A DNA stretch of 64,000 nucleotides. Origin: an uncultured delta proteobacterium (GTDB lineage Bacteria > Myxococcota > Myxococcia > Myxococcales > Myxococcaceae). The DNA lies in NCBI GenBank assembly GCA_963771175.1, contig CAVYSY010000050.1, forward strand, positions 32,001 through 96,000, read 5' to 3'. The notes below the pieces were generated by a model. It was not told the origin of the DNA. It did no database searches and saw only the letters and a list, made by a program, of their open reading frames with translations. The position numbers were made by a program, and so were the translations under genes. This document shows, one piece after another, positions 28,268-39,530 of the stretch (position 1 is the first letter of the stretch; the number at the start of each line of letters is the position of its first letter).

Positions 28268-30207
28268 TGTCCTCGCGTCCGTTCCAGCTCGCGTTGCTCC
28301 TGCTGGCGCTGCTGGTGGGCTCCTGGCCTGCCCGGGCGGCGGGAACGGAGGCTCCCCAGGCGAGCGCCGGGGGCGACATCCGCATCCAGTGCGTGCCCGG
28401 GCACGTGCTGCTCGGTACGGATCGCGAGGCGGAGGTGCGCATCGAGCTGGAGCCGTCGGCCACCGGCCTGGAGCTGTTCGTCAGTCGCGGCGAGGTGGGG
28501 CCGCTGACGCAGGTGGCTCCGGGTGTCTTCCGCGCCACCTACGTGCCGCCCCGGCAGAAGCTTCCCCTGGTGGTCATCCTCGCCGCGCAGGCCCGGGGGC
28601 CCCAGGGAGTGCTCGAGGGGTGGACGGCGCTCCCGCTCTGGGCGCAGGGCGAGGCCGAGGTGCGCACCCGGGCCGGAGCGCCCGTCACGCTCCGGGTGGG
28701 CACCCAGATGTTCGGGCCCGTTTCCGCGGACGCGTCCGGCCTCGCGCGCATCCCCGTGGCGGTGCCGCCCGATGTCCATGATGCCTTCTTCGGGAGCAGT
28801 CGGATTGATCTCGGGGTGCCGCCGCAGCCGTTCGTCCATGCGCTGGTGGAGCGCCGGGAGCTCCGGGCCGATCGCGAGGAGTCGGTGACCGTCCGGCTCT
28901 ACTCCGTGACTCCGGAGGGAGGGACGCGGCGCTTGGACACCTTCTCCTTCTCCGCCTCGCGAGGGACCGTGGGCGCGCCGGTGGAGGTAGGACCGGGCGT
29001 GTTCGTCGTGAGGTGGACCGTGCCTCCCGGAGCGCCCGGAACCCTGGAGCTGAAGGGCTCGGTGCCAGGAGAGCGGCGGGCGTCCTTTGGCGTACAGGTG
29101 GAGGCGGTGGCCGGTCCGGCGCAACGCTTCGAGATGCAGGTGGACCGGGAGGAGCTCGTGGCCTCCGAGGAGGCTCGGGTGACGGTGGCGGTCTCCGCTC
29201 GGGACGGCATGGGCAACCCGGCGAAGGTCGGACTGCGGCTCGAATCCGACCTGGGCGAGGGGGTGACGCTCACCGAGCGCCGACCGGGAGAGTACTCCGG
29301 TGTGCTCGGCATCACGCCCGACTTCGGCGGCCGGGAGCGCTTCGAGCTGCGGCTGCTCGCGGAGGGCGGCTCCGCTCCGGTGCTCACCCGGACGGTGGCG
29401 CTCCGGGCCGCCGCTCCTGCTCGGGTGACGGTGGAGCCCTTGCGCTCCTTCGTCATGGCGGATGGTCACTCGGAAGCCTCCTGGCGCATCGCCGTGGCGG
29501 ATCGCTTCGGCAACCCGGTGCCAGAGCCCTCGCCCGAGGCGGTCGCCGCGGATGGGCCGGCGATCACGCTCGTGTCCCGGGAGAGGGGCACGTATGAATT
29601 GCGGTACGTGCCACCCCCGGCGAGCGCGGATCATCTCTCCGAGCTGAACGTGCGGGTGGGGGAGGCGCTCGGCCGAGGTTCCATTCCGCTGCTGCGCCGC
29701 CGCTCCGTGCTGCTGGTGGGGCCACGCGCGGGGATGGTGACGAACTTCGCGGACGTGCTGGCCCCGTCCGTGGGCGCGCGCCTGGAGTGGTGGCCGGCGC
29801 GACTGCTGCCGGACCTGGGGCTGATGCTCGACACCAGCTACCTGCGGCTCTCTCGCACGGGCGGGGCCGCGGTGCCCGGCTTCACGGGACGCGACGAGTG
29901 GCTCGATGGCACCCTGGCCGTGGCGCTGCGTACCCCGCCGAGGTACGGCCTCCAGGGCTGGGTGGCGGCGGGTCCCTCGTTGGTCCGGGTGCGCGGCAGC
30001 TCGCGGCTGGGCGAGGGGCCTCCCTTGGAGGAGGCCGCGTGGGTGTTCGGGGCGCAGGCGGTGGTGGGCGTGGGCCTCCCGCTCGGGCCGGGACAGCCCT
30101 TCCTCGAAGCGAGCTTCCGCTGGTTCGACGATCCGGCCCTCCGCGTGCTGCGGGGCGCACTGCGCGGTGGGGGCCTTCACCTGGGGTATCGCCTTGAGCT
30201 CTTCTGA
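28267..30207 (+). CDS. Secreted Ig-like repeat protein with probable C-terminal outer-membrane beta-barrel
   Basis: TGATG coupling to upstream gene; signal peptide; RDGMGNP and ADG...DRFGNPV Ig-like motifs; ends LHLGYRLELF. Confidence 0.78.
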   Translation: MSSRPFQLALLLLALLVGSWPARAAGTEAPQASAGGDIRIQCVPGHVLLGTDREAEVRIELEPSATGLELFVSRGEVGPLTQVAPGVFRATYVPPRQKLPLVVILAAQARGPQGVLEGWTALPLWAQGEAEVRTRAGAPVTLRVGTQMFGPVSADASGLARIPVAVPPDVHDAFFGSSRIDLGVPPQPFVHALVERRELRADREESVTVRLYSVTPEGGTRRLDTFSFSASRGTVGAPVEVGPGVFVVRWTVPPGAPGTLELKGSVPGERRASFGVQVEAVAGPAQRFEMQVDREELVASEEARVTVAVSARDGMGNPAKVGLRLESDLGEGVTLTERRPGEYSGVLGITPDFGGRERFELRLLAEGGSAPVLTRTVALRAAAPARVTVEPLRSFVMADGHSEASWRIAVADRFGNPVPEPSPEAVAADGPAITLVSRERGTYELRYVPPPASADHLSELNVRVGEALGRGSIPLLRRRSVLLVGPRAGMVTNFADVLAPSVGARLEWWPARLLPDLGLMLDTSYLRLSRTGGAAVPGFTGRDEWLDGTLAVALRTPPRYGLQGWVAAGPSLVRVRGSSRLGEGPPLEEAAWVFGAQAVVGVGLPLGPGQPFLEASFRWFDDPALRVLRGALRGGGLHLGYRLELF

Positions 30208-32659
30208 TCGCGGATTGCGTCGGCTCCTCGTGCTGAGCTCCCTCTGCCTCCTCGGGGCCTCGTGCGCCCGGGGTCAGGGCTCCGAGCACGAGCCCCGACC
30301 CCAGCGCGTGGTGCCGGCCTGGGGAATGAACGCCGAGCCGGTGTCGGTGACCATCGAAGGGGAGAACTTCCTGGCGCTCGCCACCCAGCACATCGGCGGC
30401 CGGGAGCCGATCTCGGTGGACGCACGCTTCGAGGCCTTCCTCGACGAGGTGGCGCTCGAGGACGTCATCCTGGAGGACGCGCGTACGCTGCGCGCCCGGG
30501 TGCCCGTGGGGCTCGGGCCCGGTTGGCACACGCTGTCGCTGGTGGGGCCGCTGGGCCAGCGCGCGGAGCTGCCGCGGGCGTACTTCGCCGCGGAGCGGCC
30601 GCTGGCGACGCTCCAGGCCCGTGCCGCGTTGGAGCAGGAGCAGGTGTCGGTGGGCGAGCGGACGCGGCTGGTGCTGACGGTGGAGAATGTGGGGGGGACG
30701 AACGCGCTTGGTGTCACCCCGGTGCTGAGCCAGGTGGGTGAGGGGAGGGTGGAGCTCGTCTCGGAGCCCGGACCCGTCGATGTCCTCGCGGATGGGAGCG
30801 CGTCCTTCACCTGGGAGCTCGGGGCCACCGCGCCCGGAGACGTTCGCTTCTCCGTGGAGGTCTCGGGCCACGAGTCGGAGGTCGGGGAGGAGCTGCGGGT
30901 GTCGGGCACGGAGGCGGGACCGCTGCGGATACAACCGTCCCCCGGGCTCCTGACGGCGCGCTTCCTCCCGCTGCCCGCGAGCGTCAACCTGTGGCAGCAG
31001 TTCGACGTCGAGCTGGAAGTGACGAACACGGGGGGCTCCACGGTACTCGGGGTGAAACCCGAGGCGCCGACGTCCGAGGGCACGGGGCAGGTGACGTTCG
31101 TGTCCGGGCCGGAGCCGGCGAGCGCGGACATCCCGGCGGGGGGACGCGTGGTGTTCCGTGGGAGTGCCGTCGGCACGGTCGAGGGTCCCTGCACCGTCAG
31201 CGCCGGGGCGGGTGGGGTGGATGAGAGGTATGGGGTCCGTGTGGTGGCGCCGCCCGTCACTTCCTCCATCGTGGACGTGCAGCGGTCCGCGACCCTCTCC
31301 GAGGTGGAGCTGATGCGCACGGATCCCTTCAAGGACGGCTCGGCCTTCGCCCAGGTCTTTCCCTACGGGGGCAGGCTCGTCCTTGGGCCCAACCGAAGCG
31401 GCACCAAGGCGGTGCACGTCGATCCGCTGGGGACGGCGGACAGCGAGTTCTCCTTCTCCTTCCCGAAGGACATGATCAGCAACTCCAGCCAGAACGCGTC
31501 CCCGCCGAGCTATTCCTCCATCGGGGCGACGGGCTGCACGCCCAACACGGCTTCATGCGGCCCGGACAACGAGGACGGCCGCGGCTTCTTCTTCGCCGGT
31601 CGCGTGGGCACGCAGGCGTGGTTGGGCATCGGTGGTGCCCGGAGCAATGGAGACCTGGACTACCTCTACTTCACGCAGGACACCGACAGCGTGCTGGACA
31701 TGCGCTTCGTGGATCTCACGTCCTTCCTCGGGAGCCAGACGAGGGTGTTCTCCTCGGCCCTCTTCTTCCGGGACCGGCTCTACGTCGGCTTCTCGGACAA
31801 CGGGGGCAACCGGCCCTACCTTCTCGTCATCAAGCGACTCCCCATGCTGGCCCCCGGGTACGAGGCCTCCCAGGGGTGGGATGCGGAGGACCTGAAGGCC
31901 GAGAACATGCCCGGCATCGGCCAGGGAGGTACGCCCCCCAACAGGGCCTCCGTGGTGATGATCGACACGCTGATCGCCTTCAATGATCGGCTCTATCTGG
32001 CGAACAACGGCGGGTGCGTCCGCTCGACGACCCCGACGCCCCAGTCCTACGGCTCGGCTCCGGGTGACTGGGCCTCCTGCACCCCGCAGCTCGCGGCCTG
32101 GAGCTCGCGCGACGGCAAGACGACCTTCAAGACGGCGGACCTCGAGCCGGCGGACAGGGCCGTGCCGCAGATGGCCGTGTTCCAGGGGCGGCTCTACCTC
32201 GCGCGCAACACCTCGGTCGGACCCCAGCTCTTCGTCTGTGACCCGGCACGAGGGGGTTCCCCGACGGACTGCGATCCAGGGGACTGGTCCCTCGTGGCCC
32301 CCAACTCCATGGGCGACGTGCTGCTCACCCAGTTCAACAACACGGCCAACACCGCCCTGTCTCTCCTGGTGGCCACCTCGCACTCCCTCTATGTGGGCTT
32401 CGACAATGGCGCGCAGGGCACGGTGTTGCTGCGCGCCACTGGCTCGGCTCCGAGCGCCCGCTCGGACTTCACGGGAACGGCCGGGTGCCCCGCTGCGCAG
32501 CACCCCGCCACGTGCGCGGGCCTGGGCGGCAATGGGCTGGGCGTGGGCGCCACGCGCATCTTCGACGGCGTGGTTTCCAGCCTCGGCGGCACCGACGTCG
32601 CCTACTTCACGGCGGGGAATGGCTCCTCGGCGGTGCGGCTCTTCCGGATGCCGGACTGA
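30194..32659 (+). CDS. Large lipoprotein with Ig-like domains and probable beta-propeller
   Basis: TTG start overlapping upstream gene, signal ending LGASC; LTVENVGG and LEVTNTGG repeats; FRDRLY/FNDRLY/FQGRLY blade-like motifs. Confidence 0.75.
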   Translation: MSSSDRGLRRLLVLSSLCLLGASCARGQGSEHEPRPQRVVPAWGMNAEPVSVTIEGENFLALATQHIGGREPISVDARFEAFLDEVALEDVILEDARTLRARVPVGLGPGWHTLSLVGPLGQRAELPRAYFAAERPLATLQARAALEQEQVSVGERTRLVLTVENVGGTNALGVTPVLSQVGEGRVELVSEPGPVDVLADGSASFTWELGATAPGDVRFSVEVSGHESEVGEELRVSGTEAGPLRIQPSPGLLTARFLPLPASVNLWQQFDVELEVTNTGGSTVLGVKPEAPTSEGTGQVTFVSGPEPASADIPAGGRVVFRGSAVGTVEGPCTVSAGAGGVDERYGVRVVAPPVTSSIVDVQRSATLSEVELMRTDPFKDGSAFAQVFPYGGRLVLGPNRSGTKAVHVDPLGTADSEFSFSFPKDMISNSSQNASPPSYSSIGATGCTPNTASCGPDNEDGRGFFFAGRVGTQAWLGIGGARSNGDLDYLYFTQDTDSVLDMRFVDLTSFLGSQTRVFSSALFFRDRLYVGFSDNGGNRPYLLVIKRLPMLAPGYEASQGWDAEDLKAENMPGIGQGGTPPNRASVVMIDTLIAFNDRLYLANNGGCVRSTTPTPQSYGSAPGDWASCTPQLAAWSSRDGKTTFKTADLEPADRAVPQMAVFQGRLYLARNTSVGPQLFVCDPARGGSPTDCDPGDWSLVAPNSMGDVLLTQFNNTANTALSLLVATSHSLYVGFDNGAQGTVLLRATGSAPSARSDFTGTAGCPAAQHPATCAGLGGNGLGVGATRIFDGVVSSLGGTDVAYFTAGNGSSAVRLFRMPD

Positions 32660-32665
32660 GCCGCC

Positions 32666-33892
32666 TCACGAGACCGCGGCGCTCGACTGCTCCAGTGGCT
32701 TCGCGGCGTGGGCGTCCCGGACGTGCGGAGGCAGGGAGATGCGGAAGGTGGTGCCCGCGCCCGGACGGCTCTCCACGGTGATGGTGCCGTCCATCCCGTC
32801 GATGATGGACTTGCAGATGAAGAGCCCCAGCCCCGTGCCCTCGCCGGAGCGCTTGGTGGTGAAGAAGGGCTCGAAGAGGTGGGGCATGTGCTCGGGGGCG
32901 ATGCCCGTGCCGGTGTCCGTCACCTCGGCGCAGGCCTCACCGTTGGGGCCCGTCCACAGGCGCACGCAGATGGCGTGATCGCCGCCGTCCTCGGGGATGG
33001 CCTGGGCCGCGTTGACGACGAGGTTGAGGAAGACCTGCGCCAGGCGGGCCTCGTTGGTCATCACCATCGGCACTTCCTGGTAGTCGCGCACCACGCGAGC
33101 CCGGTAGCGGATGTGCACCAGCGCCATCTTCAGCGCCGCGTCGAGCACCTCGCGCGGATCCACCAGCATGTTCTCGTCTTCCGAGTCCCGCGCGAAGGTC
33201 TTCACATCTCGCGCGATGTGGCGCACGCGCTCGGCGCCCTGGCGGATGTCGCCCAGGGTGGACTGCACCACCTGGAGGCGCGCGGCCAGCGTGTCCGGCT
33301 CCGGGCTCGCAGGCTCGCGGCGCGGCTGGCGCTCGAGCGCCTTGACCAGGGACGGCAGCTCCTCGTCGAGCCAGTCCAGGTTGGAGAGGATGTAGGTCAG
33401 GGGCGTGTTCACCTCGTGCACCACGCCGGCGGCCAGCAGGCCCAGCGAGGCGAGCCGATCCGCCTGCACCAGCATGGCCTGCATGCGCTCGTGCTCCTGG
33501 CGCATGCGCCACTGCTCCAGGGCCAGCTTGATGCGGTGCTCCAGCGCGTCCACCTCGAAGGGCTTGAGCACGTAGTCGAAGGCGCCCAGGCGCAGGGCCT
33601 CGACGACGCTGTCCACGTTGCCGTACGCGGTGACCATGAGGGCGTTGCAGTCCGGCTGGGTCTTGCGCAGCCACTCGAGGAACTCCAGGCCGCTCTCGCC
33701 CGGCATGTTCTTGTCGAGCAGCGCACAGGCGAAGGAGTGCTTCTCGGCGAGCTTGCGCGCGGAGGCCGCGTCATGCGCCAGGATGGGCTCGGCGCCCACG
33801 CGCTGAACGATGAAGCCGAGCAGGGTGCGCAGGGATGGCTCGTCGTCCACCACCAGCACGTACTCAGGGGTGGGGTTGGCCGTCGTTCTCAT
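32666..33892 (-). CDS. Hybrid receiver-HisKA-HATPase kinase
   Basis: VLVVDDE, LLDKNMP, YVLKPF; HEVNTPL; FFTTK; GTGLGL. Confidence 0.94.
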   Translation of the reverse strand: MRTTANPTPEYVLVVDDEPSLRTLLGFIVQRVGAEPILAHDAASARKLAEKHSFACALLDKNMPGESGLEFLEWLRKTQPDCNALMVTAYGNVDSVVEALRLGAFDYVLKPFEVDALEHRIKLALEQWRMRQEHERMQAMLVQADRLASLGLLAAGVVHEVNTPLTYILSNLDWLDEELPSLVKALERQPRREPASPEPDTLAARLQVVQSTLGDIRQGAERVRHIARDVKTFARDSEDENMLVDPREVLDAALKMALVHIRYRARVVRDYQEVPMVMTNEARLAQVFLNLVVNAAQAIPEDGGDHAICVRLWTGPNGEACAEVTDTGTGIAPEHMPHLFEPFFTTKRSGEGTGLGLFICKSIIDGMDGTITVESRPGAGTTFRISLPPHVRDAHAAKPLEQSSAAVS

Positions 33893-34105
33893 CCGCGTGA
33901 CCTCCGGCGGGGGCGGCCCGTGTCTGTCTCCACCACCCCTGTGAGGGGCTGTCCGCCCCACCCCCGAGTGTTTTCTCAGCGGGTGGGGGAAACTGAGGTC
34001 GGCCCGTCTGGGACGCAAGGGAGCAGGCTCGTTCTCGGATTCAGGGAGGCTCCCAGAGGGCTGGAGGTCGTTGACTGGTGGAAGGACGGTTGCCCCGCGG
34101 GGCAA

Positions 34106-37049
34106 TCAGAGGGCGATGCCCACCAGGTGCAGGTCCCCCAGCCCGTCATCGAAGCGCCGGGCGTACTGGTAGAAGAGCGACATCGAGGCCGTCTGCCCGA
34201 AGGTGGTGCGAAGGAAGAGCGCGCCGCCCACGGCCCGGTGGTTGTCTCGCAGGTCCGTGCGCGCCCAGCTCCCGAAGGCCTCCAGCTCCACCTGGCTGAC
34301 GAAGAGGGAGGGGAACAGCCAGAAGAAGGAGCTCCAGCCGTAGTCGATGATGAAGCGGTAGCGGTAGCGCGCGGTGCCGAGGAACACGTTGCGCGCGCTG
34401 ATGGCGAAGTCCTCGTAGCCGCGCAGGTACTCGGAGAAGGTGACGCCCGGCTCGAGGCGCCGTGGCAGGTTGCGCGAGTCCTCGGGGCCCTGGCGTCCCT
34501 CATAGAAGGGGGTGCCGAACTGGATGCCACCCACCTGGAGGAGCCCCTCGGGAGCACCCGGAAGGGCGCGGGCGACGGCGGAGAGCTGGAGGTTGTCGCG
34601 TTGGAGCAGGGGCAGGCCGGGCACGTACGCGTCCACGGTGGCGCGCACGTCCCCGAAGGGGCTCGCGTCGTCGAAGGCGAGGGGGTACACCCCGGCGCCC
34701 AGCGAGAAGCCCAGGCCCCGCTGCGTGCCGCCGTACGAGGTGCTCTCCCCGGCGAAGTACGAGAAGGCGGCCTCCGGGCCCACGAGCGAGGTTCTCACCC
34801 CGGGACGAGTCGAGGTGGAGAACCAGTCCCGGCGCAGCGCCAGCAGGCTGAAGGACACGGGCGTGGTCCAGAAGGTGCGGGACATGGACAGCGTGGCACC
34901 CAGGTCGCGCCGGTCGTTGAACACGGAGCGCTCCGCGGTGAGCTGGATGTACCAGGGCGCGGCCAGGGCGTTGCCGTAGGAGAAGGAGATGCTGGGATCT
35001 CGCCTGTAGCTGTCGAGCTGCACCAGGAGCGCGTACTGGTGGAAGCCCAGCCGATCCTGTCCCGCCAGGGCCAGTCCGGCGTAGGCGACGAGCTGCAGCT
35101 CCTCGGTCCCGTTCCCGTTGTCGAGCGACTCCGGCAGCACGTAGACATACGGGACGCGCAGCTCGGGGCGGAAGAAGTGCTCCAGCGGCGAGTACGGCTC
35201 GTCGGAGAGGATGTTCAGCTCGTGCCCCAGGAAGGGCTCCGAGGCCGCCGGGAGTGGCGTGACCGGTGCCGGGGTGGGGGAGGGCGCGGCCTCCGACACC
35301 GAAGTGGCCAGCGGGGCGATGGGCGCGGTATCGAGCGAGAAGTCGAAGCCGTCGCGGTTGAGGAAGACGATGTCCGAGTCCCCGAGCGGGGCCACGTCCA
35401 TCACCAGGTGGCGGGGCGTCGGTGATGCGCGTGGGCGCGCCGCCGGTCAGGTCGAGGACGTGCGCCTGCCAGCGGCCCTCGTGCTCGCGCACGAAGACGA
35501 GGCGGTTCTCGTCCAGCCAGCGGGGGGCGTAGTTGAAGTGCGTGTCGTCCGTGAGCGCGCGGACGGTGCCATCGGTCTCGAGCAGCGCGAGGTTCCAGCC
35601 CTGCTCCGTCAACCGGGGAAAGACGATGCGCCCGTCGGACGACACCGAGGCCGGCCCGAGCGACTGGCGTCCCTCGAAGCGCGTGAGCGGCGTGCGCTCA
35701 TTGGTGGCGAGGTTCAACCGGTAGAGGTTGGCGGTGTCTCCCGTGACGTGGATGTAGACGTAGGCCTGGCCGTCCGGCGTGACGCCGCCGCCCATGCCCT
35801 CGATGGCCTCCCAGGTCTTCACTACCTCGCCGGTGCGCGCATCCACCTGCCACACCCGGGCGAGGTAGCTGCCCAGGCTGTCGATGTCCGAGGCCAGGAG
35901 GAAGAGGAAGCGCCCGTCGGCGGTGAAGGACGGGCCGCTCATCACGGAGGGGCTGGTGGCGATCCACCGACGGCCGGGGAGGAACTGCGTGAGGCGGCGG
36001 CTGAAGCGCTCGGAGCCGTCGCGCTCGCGCACGGTGAGACGCGGGACCTCCTCGCGTCCGGCGCTCAGGGTGGCGATGGCCCCATCCGTCGGCGAGGCCG
36101 CCAGCCGGGTGAAGTTGCCCACCACCGGGGCGAGCACCCGCTGGGTCGCGGGCCGCTCGCGCGGCGTCAGCTCCCGGGCGAGCTCCTGGGAGAACTGGTC
36201 GAAGAGCGTGCCGATGGTGCGGCCGTATACCCGCTTGAAGCGCAGCGTCACCGCGAGGGGGGAGAGGATGGACTCCCCCTGCTCCTCCACCAGCAGCCAC
36301 AGCTTGTCCTCGCCATACCGCTCCGCCAGCCAATCGATGAAGTAGCTGCCGGTGAGGTAGTTGCCGCCAAAAGGCGCCATCAGCCGCTGCTCGGGGGAGA
36401 GGAAGCCGGCGTGGAAGTCCCCGTCGCGGGCCTGGGTGGCGGCCTCGAAGTAGCCGCGCCACACCGGGCTGTGCGGGCGCCCCCAGGTCCTGCCCAGGTG
36501 CCCCTCATAGTAGGTGGCGAGCCCCTCGAGGAACCAGGACTCGGTGAAGATGTTGGGCTGGAAGAGGCCGCCGGTGACGGTGTTGAGCGCATGCCACAGC
36601 CCGTCCGTCTGCTGCATCTGCACGTAGTGGACGGACTCGTGGCAGCCCACCTCGCCCAGCTCGGCCGGGCCGAAGCCCAGCAGATCGAAGAGCTCCAGCG
36701 TCATCCGGGTCGGCATCACCATCTGCTGGGGGATGCTGGAGACGTCCGGCATCACGTACGCGTTGTTGAAGTCCGCGCTCGTCATGTAGACGAGCGCCCG
36801 AGGGCGCTTCCGTGGACTCTTCGCGAGGCGGCGCAGGCGCTCGACACAGTCCTCGACTCGGGCGGCGATCCGCAGGGCGGCCGGCCGGAACTGGGCCGGG
36901 TAGTACAGCTCCAGGGTCTGCGTGGAGAGCTTCCGCATGTCCTCTCGGACGAAGCTTGTCTGGACGTTCTGCGGAAACCGGGGTGTGACGAAGGCACACC
37001 CGGAGAGGAGGAGGCTGAGCAGTAGGACGGTGGGGAAGCGGCGCGCCAT
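34106..37049 (-). CDS. Lipoprotein with HExxH metallopeptidase, TolB-like propeller and Omp85-like barrel; frameshift near 35411
   Basis: Lipobox LSGC; HESVH...WFLEGLATYYE; propeller repeats; LRGYED...RYRYRF barrel segment; removing one C restores DAPHLVMDVAP. Confidence 0.78.
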
Positions 37050-37158
37050 GCGCCCTCCATCCTAGGTGGTGGCGACAAATCGTGGCGATGAACTTGGTTT
37101 TCGGGGTAAGGGGGTTGGCCGTTCATCACGGTTGAGATACCCGGAACAGGAATCCGCA

Positions 37159-38460
37159 ATGGCCCATCCCTCCCCTCCGCACGTCCAATCCGCCCAGGCC
37201 CAGGTCGCCGCGGCCCTCCAGCAGGTCGAGGGCAAGCCGGTGGACCTTCTCAAGGCTCCGTGGGCGGAGCTGGAAGCGTCCATCGTCAAGCTGCTCGGCG
37301 GTGCCTTCCAGGTGAACAATCCGAACCACCAGGGTCTGGCCCTGGGCCTGGCCGGTGCATTCGCCGAGCGCATGGCCGAGGAGCACGGCGCTTTCTGGTT
37401 CCCCAACCGGGACTCTCCGGAGGGGGCCACGCTGGGCTTCCCTGAAGCCATCATCATGCTGTCCCCGTTCGGGGCGGTGATGGACGCGCTGGCGCAGAGC
37501 AAGCTGTCGAAGCTCGAGGATCTCGCCGCGGACATCCGCCGCTCGCTGGGACAGGTGCGCTTCGCCCCCGGGGCGACGCAGACGCTGGGTGCCACCGGGC
37601 CGAAGATGGGGCCGACGGACTACCAGCGGCTGTTCGATCCGGGCTTCCTGCAGTTCGCGGTGCTGGACTCGGCCAAGGCGAAGGCGACCTTCGAGTCGAA
37701 GCCGGACGCGCTGGCGCGGGACATCCGTGACGCGCTGGGTCGCACCCAGCCGCCGCTGCCGCAGGAGGCTCGCCAGCAGTTCGAGGGGCAGATCGTCCAG
37801 TCCCTGCAGCGGCTGGATGCGAGCCATCCGCTGTCGGATCAGATGGACCGGGCCCCGCGCATCGCGGAGCTGGTGGGCCACCTGTTCGCCACGATCGGTG
37901 GCACGGGCGCGGCGCCCGAGGAGTTCTGGGGCGAGATCGTCCTGCCGCTGCTCTTCATCGGCACGCCGGCGAGCTTCCCGCCGGTGGACGAGGAGGAGAC
38001 CGAGGCCTTCACCCAGGGGGCGCCGCCGCTGGCGCTCTTCGTGGATGTGGTGCCGCACGCGGTGCAGGCGCCGGAGGAAGGGCTGCTGGGCACGTTCGAG
38101 CAGACGGACCTGACGCTGGAGCACCCGGGCTTCGGCAAGGTGGGCGCGCTGCGGCTCATCAAGGTGAACGCGGAGCGCATCAAGCCGCTGCTGGCGACGT
38201 TCGATCCGGACAAGACGATCGACGCGGTGCGTCGCTTCACGAAGTACATGGAGGAGAAGGCCGGCAAGGGCGCTCCGCCGAACCCGCAGGCCGAGGAGAT
38301 GCTGAAGGCGGCCACGGTGCTGCTGACGGATCTCAAGCGGGCGGTGACGGAGAACGGCGACCTGTGCCTGCGCCGTCTCACCGAGGCCGAGGCCGCCTCC
38401 GAGCAGGCCGTGTCGCTGGTGCGCAAGGCCCTGCAGGGTCCGCGCATCATCCTCAGCTAG
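37159..38460 (+). CDS. Hypothetical protein (433 aa)
   Basis: Long ORF, strong host codon bias, AGGA RBS. Confidence 0.85.
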   Translation: MAHPSPPHVQSAQAQVAAALQQVEGKPVDLLKAPWAELEASIVKLLGGAFQVNNPNHQGLALGLAGAFAERMAEEHGAFWFPNRDSPEGATLGFPEAIIMLSPFGAVMDALAQSKLSKLEDLAADIRRSLGQVRFAPGATQTLGATGPKMGPTDYQRLFDPGFLQFAVLDSAKAKATFESKPDALARDIRDALGRTQPPLPQEARQQFEGQIVQSLQRLDASHPLSDQMDRAPRIAELVGHLFATIGGTGAAPEEFWGEIVLPLLFIGTPASFPPVDEEETEAFTQGAPPLALFVDVVPHAVQAPEEGLLGTFEQTDLTLEHPGFGKVGALRLIKVNAERIKPLLATFDPDKTIDAVRRFTKYMEEKAGKGAPPNPQAEEMLKAATVLLTDLKRAVTENGDLCLRRLTEAEAASEQAVSLVRKALQGPRIILS

Positions 38461-38487
38461 CGCTCAGTCCGAGCCTTTGAAGCTCAC

Positions 38488-38522
38488 GGAAGGGCCAGTG
38501 GGGAAACCCGCTGGCCCTTTCC
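38488..38522. terminator. Intrinsic terminator hairpin
   Basis: AAGGGCCAGTGGG-GAAA-CCCGCTGGCCCTT(T) between convergent genes. Confidence 0.75.
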
Positions 38523-38573
38523 GCGTTCAGGACCTTCGGGACGCTCGCCCAAGAGGAGAAGAAGCGAAGAGAC

Positions 38574-39008
38574 CTAACGCCTATCCAGAATGCGACCCTG
38601 GCCATCAATGGCATAGGTGGCCCCAGCATCCATGACAATCACATCCAGATTCGTCTCATTCAGGCCGCACCTGGGGAGCTCGGCGGAAAGCGTCACGAAG
38701 AACACGCCATCGGCGCGCAACACCGATACATCATAGGTGTCCCGTCTCGACAAACAACGCGACAGCCTGTCGTCGTGGGTTTGAATCTTGGATCCTGGCG
38801 GCAGAAATTCATTCAAGGCTATCTCAACAGCCTTGAGTGTAGGGCCATCCAAGAACAAACTGCCTGCCGTCGACCTCGGATACTTGACATTTTCTGCGAT
38901 CTCCGGCGGTGCCCACTCCGCCTTTTTCTGGATGTAGAATCGGTAATTACACCCCGTCAGCGCACCAGCGAGGCAGAACAATATCAATGGAAGAAGCGGC
39001 TTCATCAT
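38574..39008 (-). CDS. Small AT-rich lipoprotein, putative immunity partner
   Basis: Lipobox LTGC; LDGPTLKA...CL...YDV...C...DAGATYAIDGQGRIL pattern seen in myxobacterial paired lipoproteins. Confidence 0.8.
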   Translation of the reverse strand: MMKPLLPLILFCLAGALTGCNYRFYIQKKAEWAPPEIAENVKYPRSTAGSLFLDGPTLKAVEIALNEFLPPGSKIQTHDDRLSRCLSRRDTYDVSVLRADGVFFVTLSAELPRCGLNETNLDVIVMDAGATYAIDGQGRILDRR

Positions 39009-39067
39009 GTCGTCTTGCCTGAAAGAGGACTCAAGTGGGATGTGATTTCGTCGGCTACGGCCTTCTC

Positions 39068-39530
39068 TTACTGTTCCGACAACCAATCCATACCATCGTG
39101 AAGTTGAATATGTCCCTGGTCATTGAGAACCGTTCCAATTTCAAGCCACTTCCCGTTGCGCAAAGCCGAAACAGTTAGGCTTTGATTGTCGAACAGGACG
39201 GCATTGCACTTGCCGGTTCTCTTGTCCCGAAAAAACATCATTGTGCCTCGGTTCGAGACCTGGCCAGCGCCGACGGCAACGCGCGAGGGACGCCAGCGTT
39301 TCATGGCCCTCACATCTTGCTCAGACAACGCAGGGTTCTGTGGATGGTTGTGCGCATCCCCAAGCGTGATGGCATCCTTGTGGCTTGGGTCGTTCAATCG
39401 CCGGGGCACGCTGCACTGTTTCGAACCGTCCGAATGATTCCAGCTCAGATCAGAGAGATAGCTGACGTAGCGGGTTGAGGTATTTCCTCATTTTCCCCAA
39501 AGAGATGTTCCCATAGGTTGTCGCACCTGG
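39068..39530 (-). pseudogene. 5'-truncated JAB/JAMM-like (HNHP) protein
   Basis: Frame reads YVSYLSDL...CSVPRRLNDP...LGDAHNHPQNPALSEQD; blocked upstream by TGA, no start or signal peptide; AT-rich. Confidence 0.65.
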
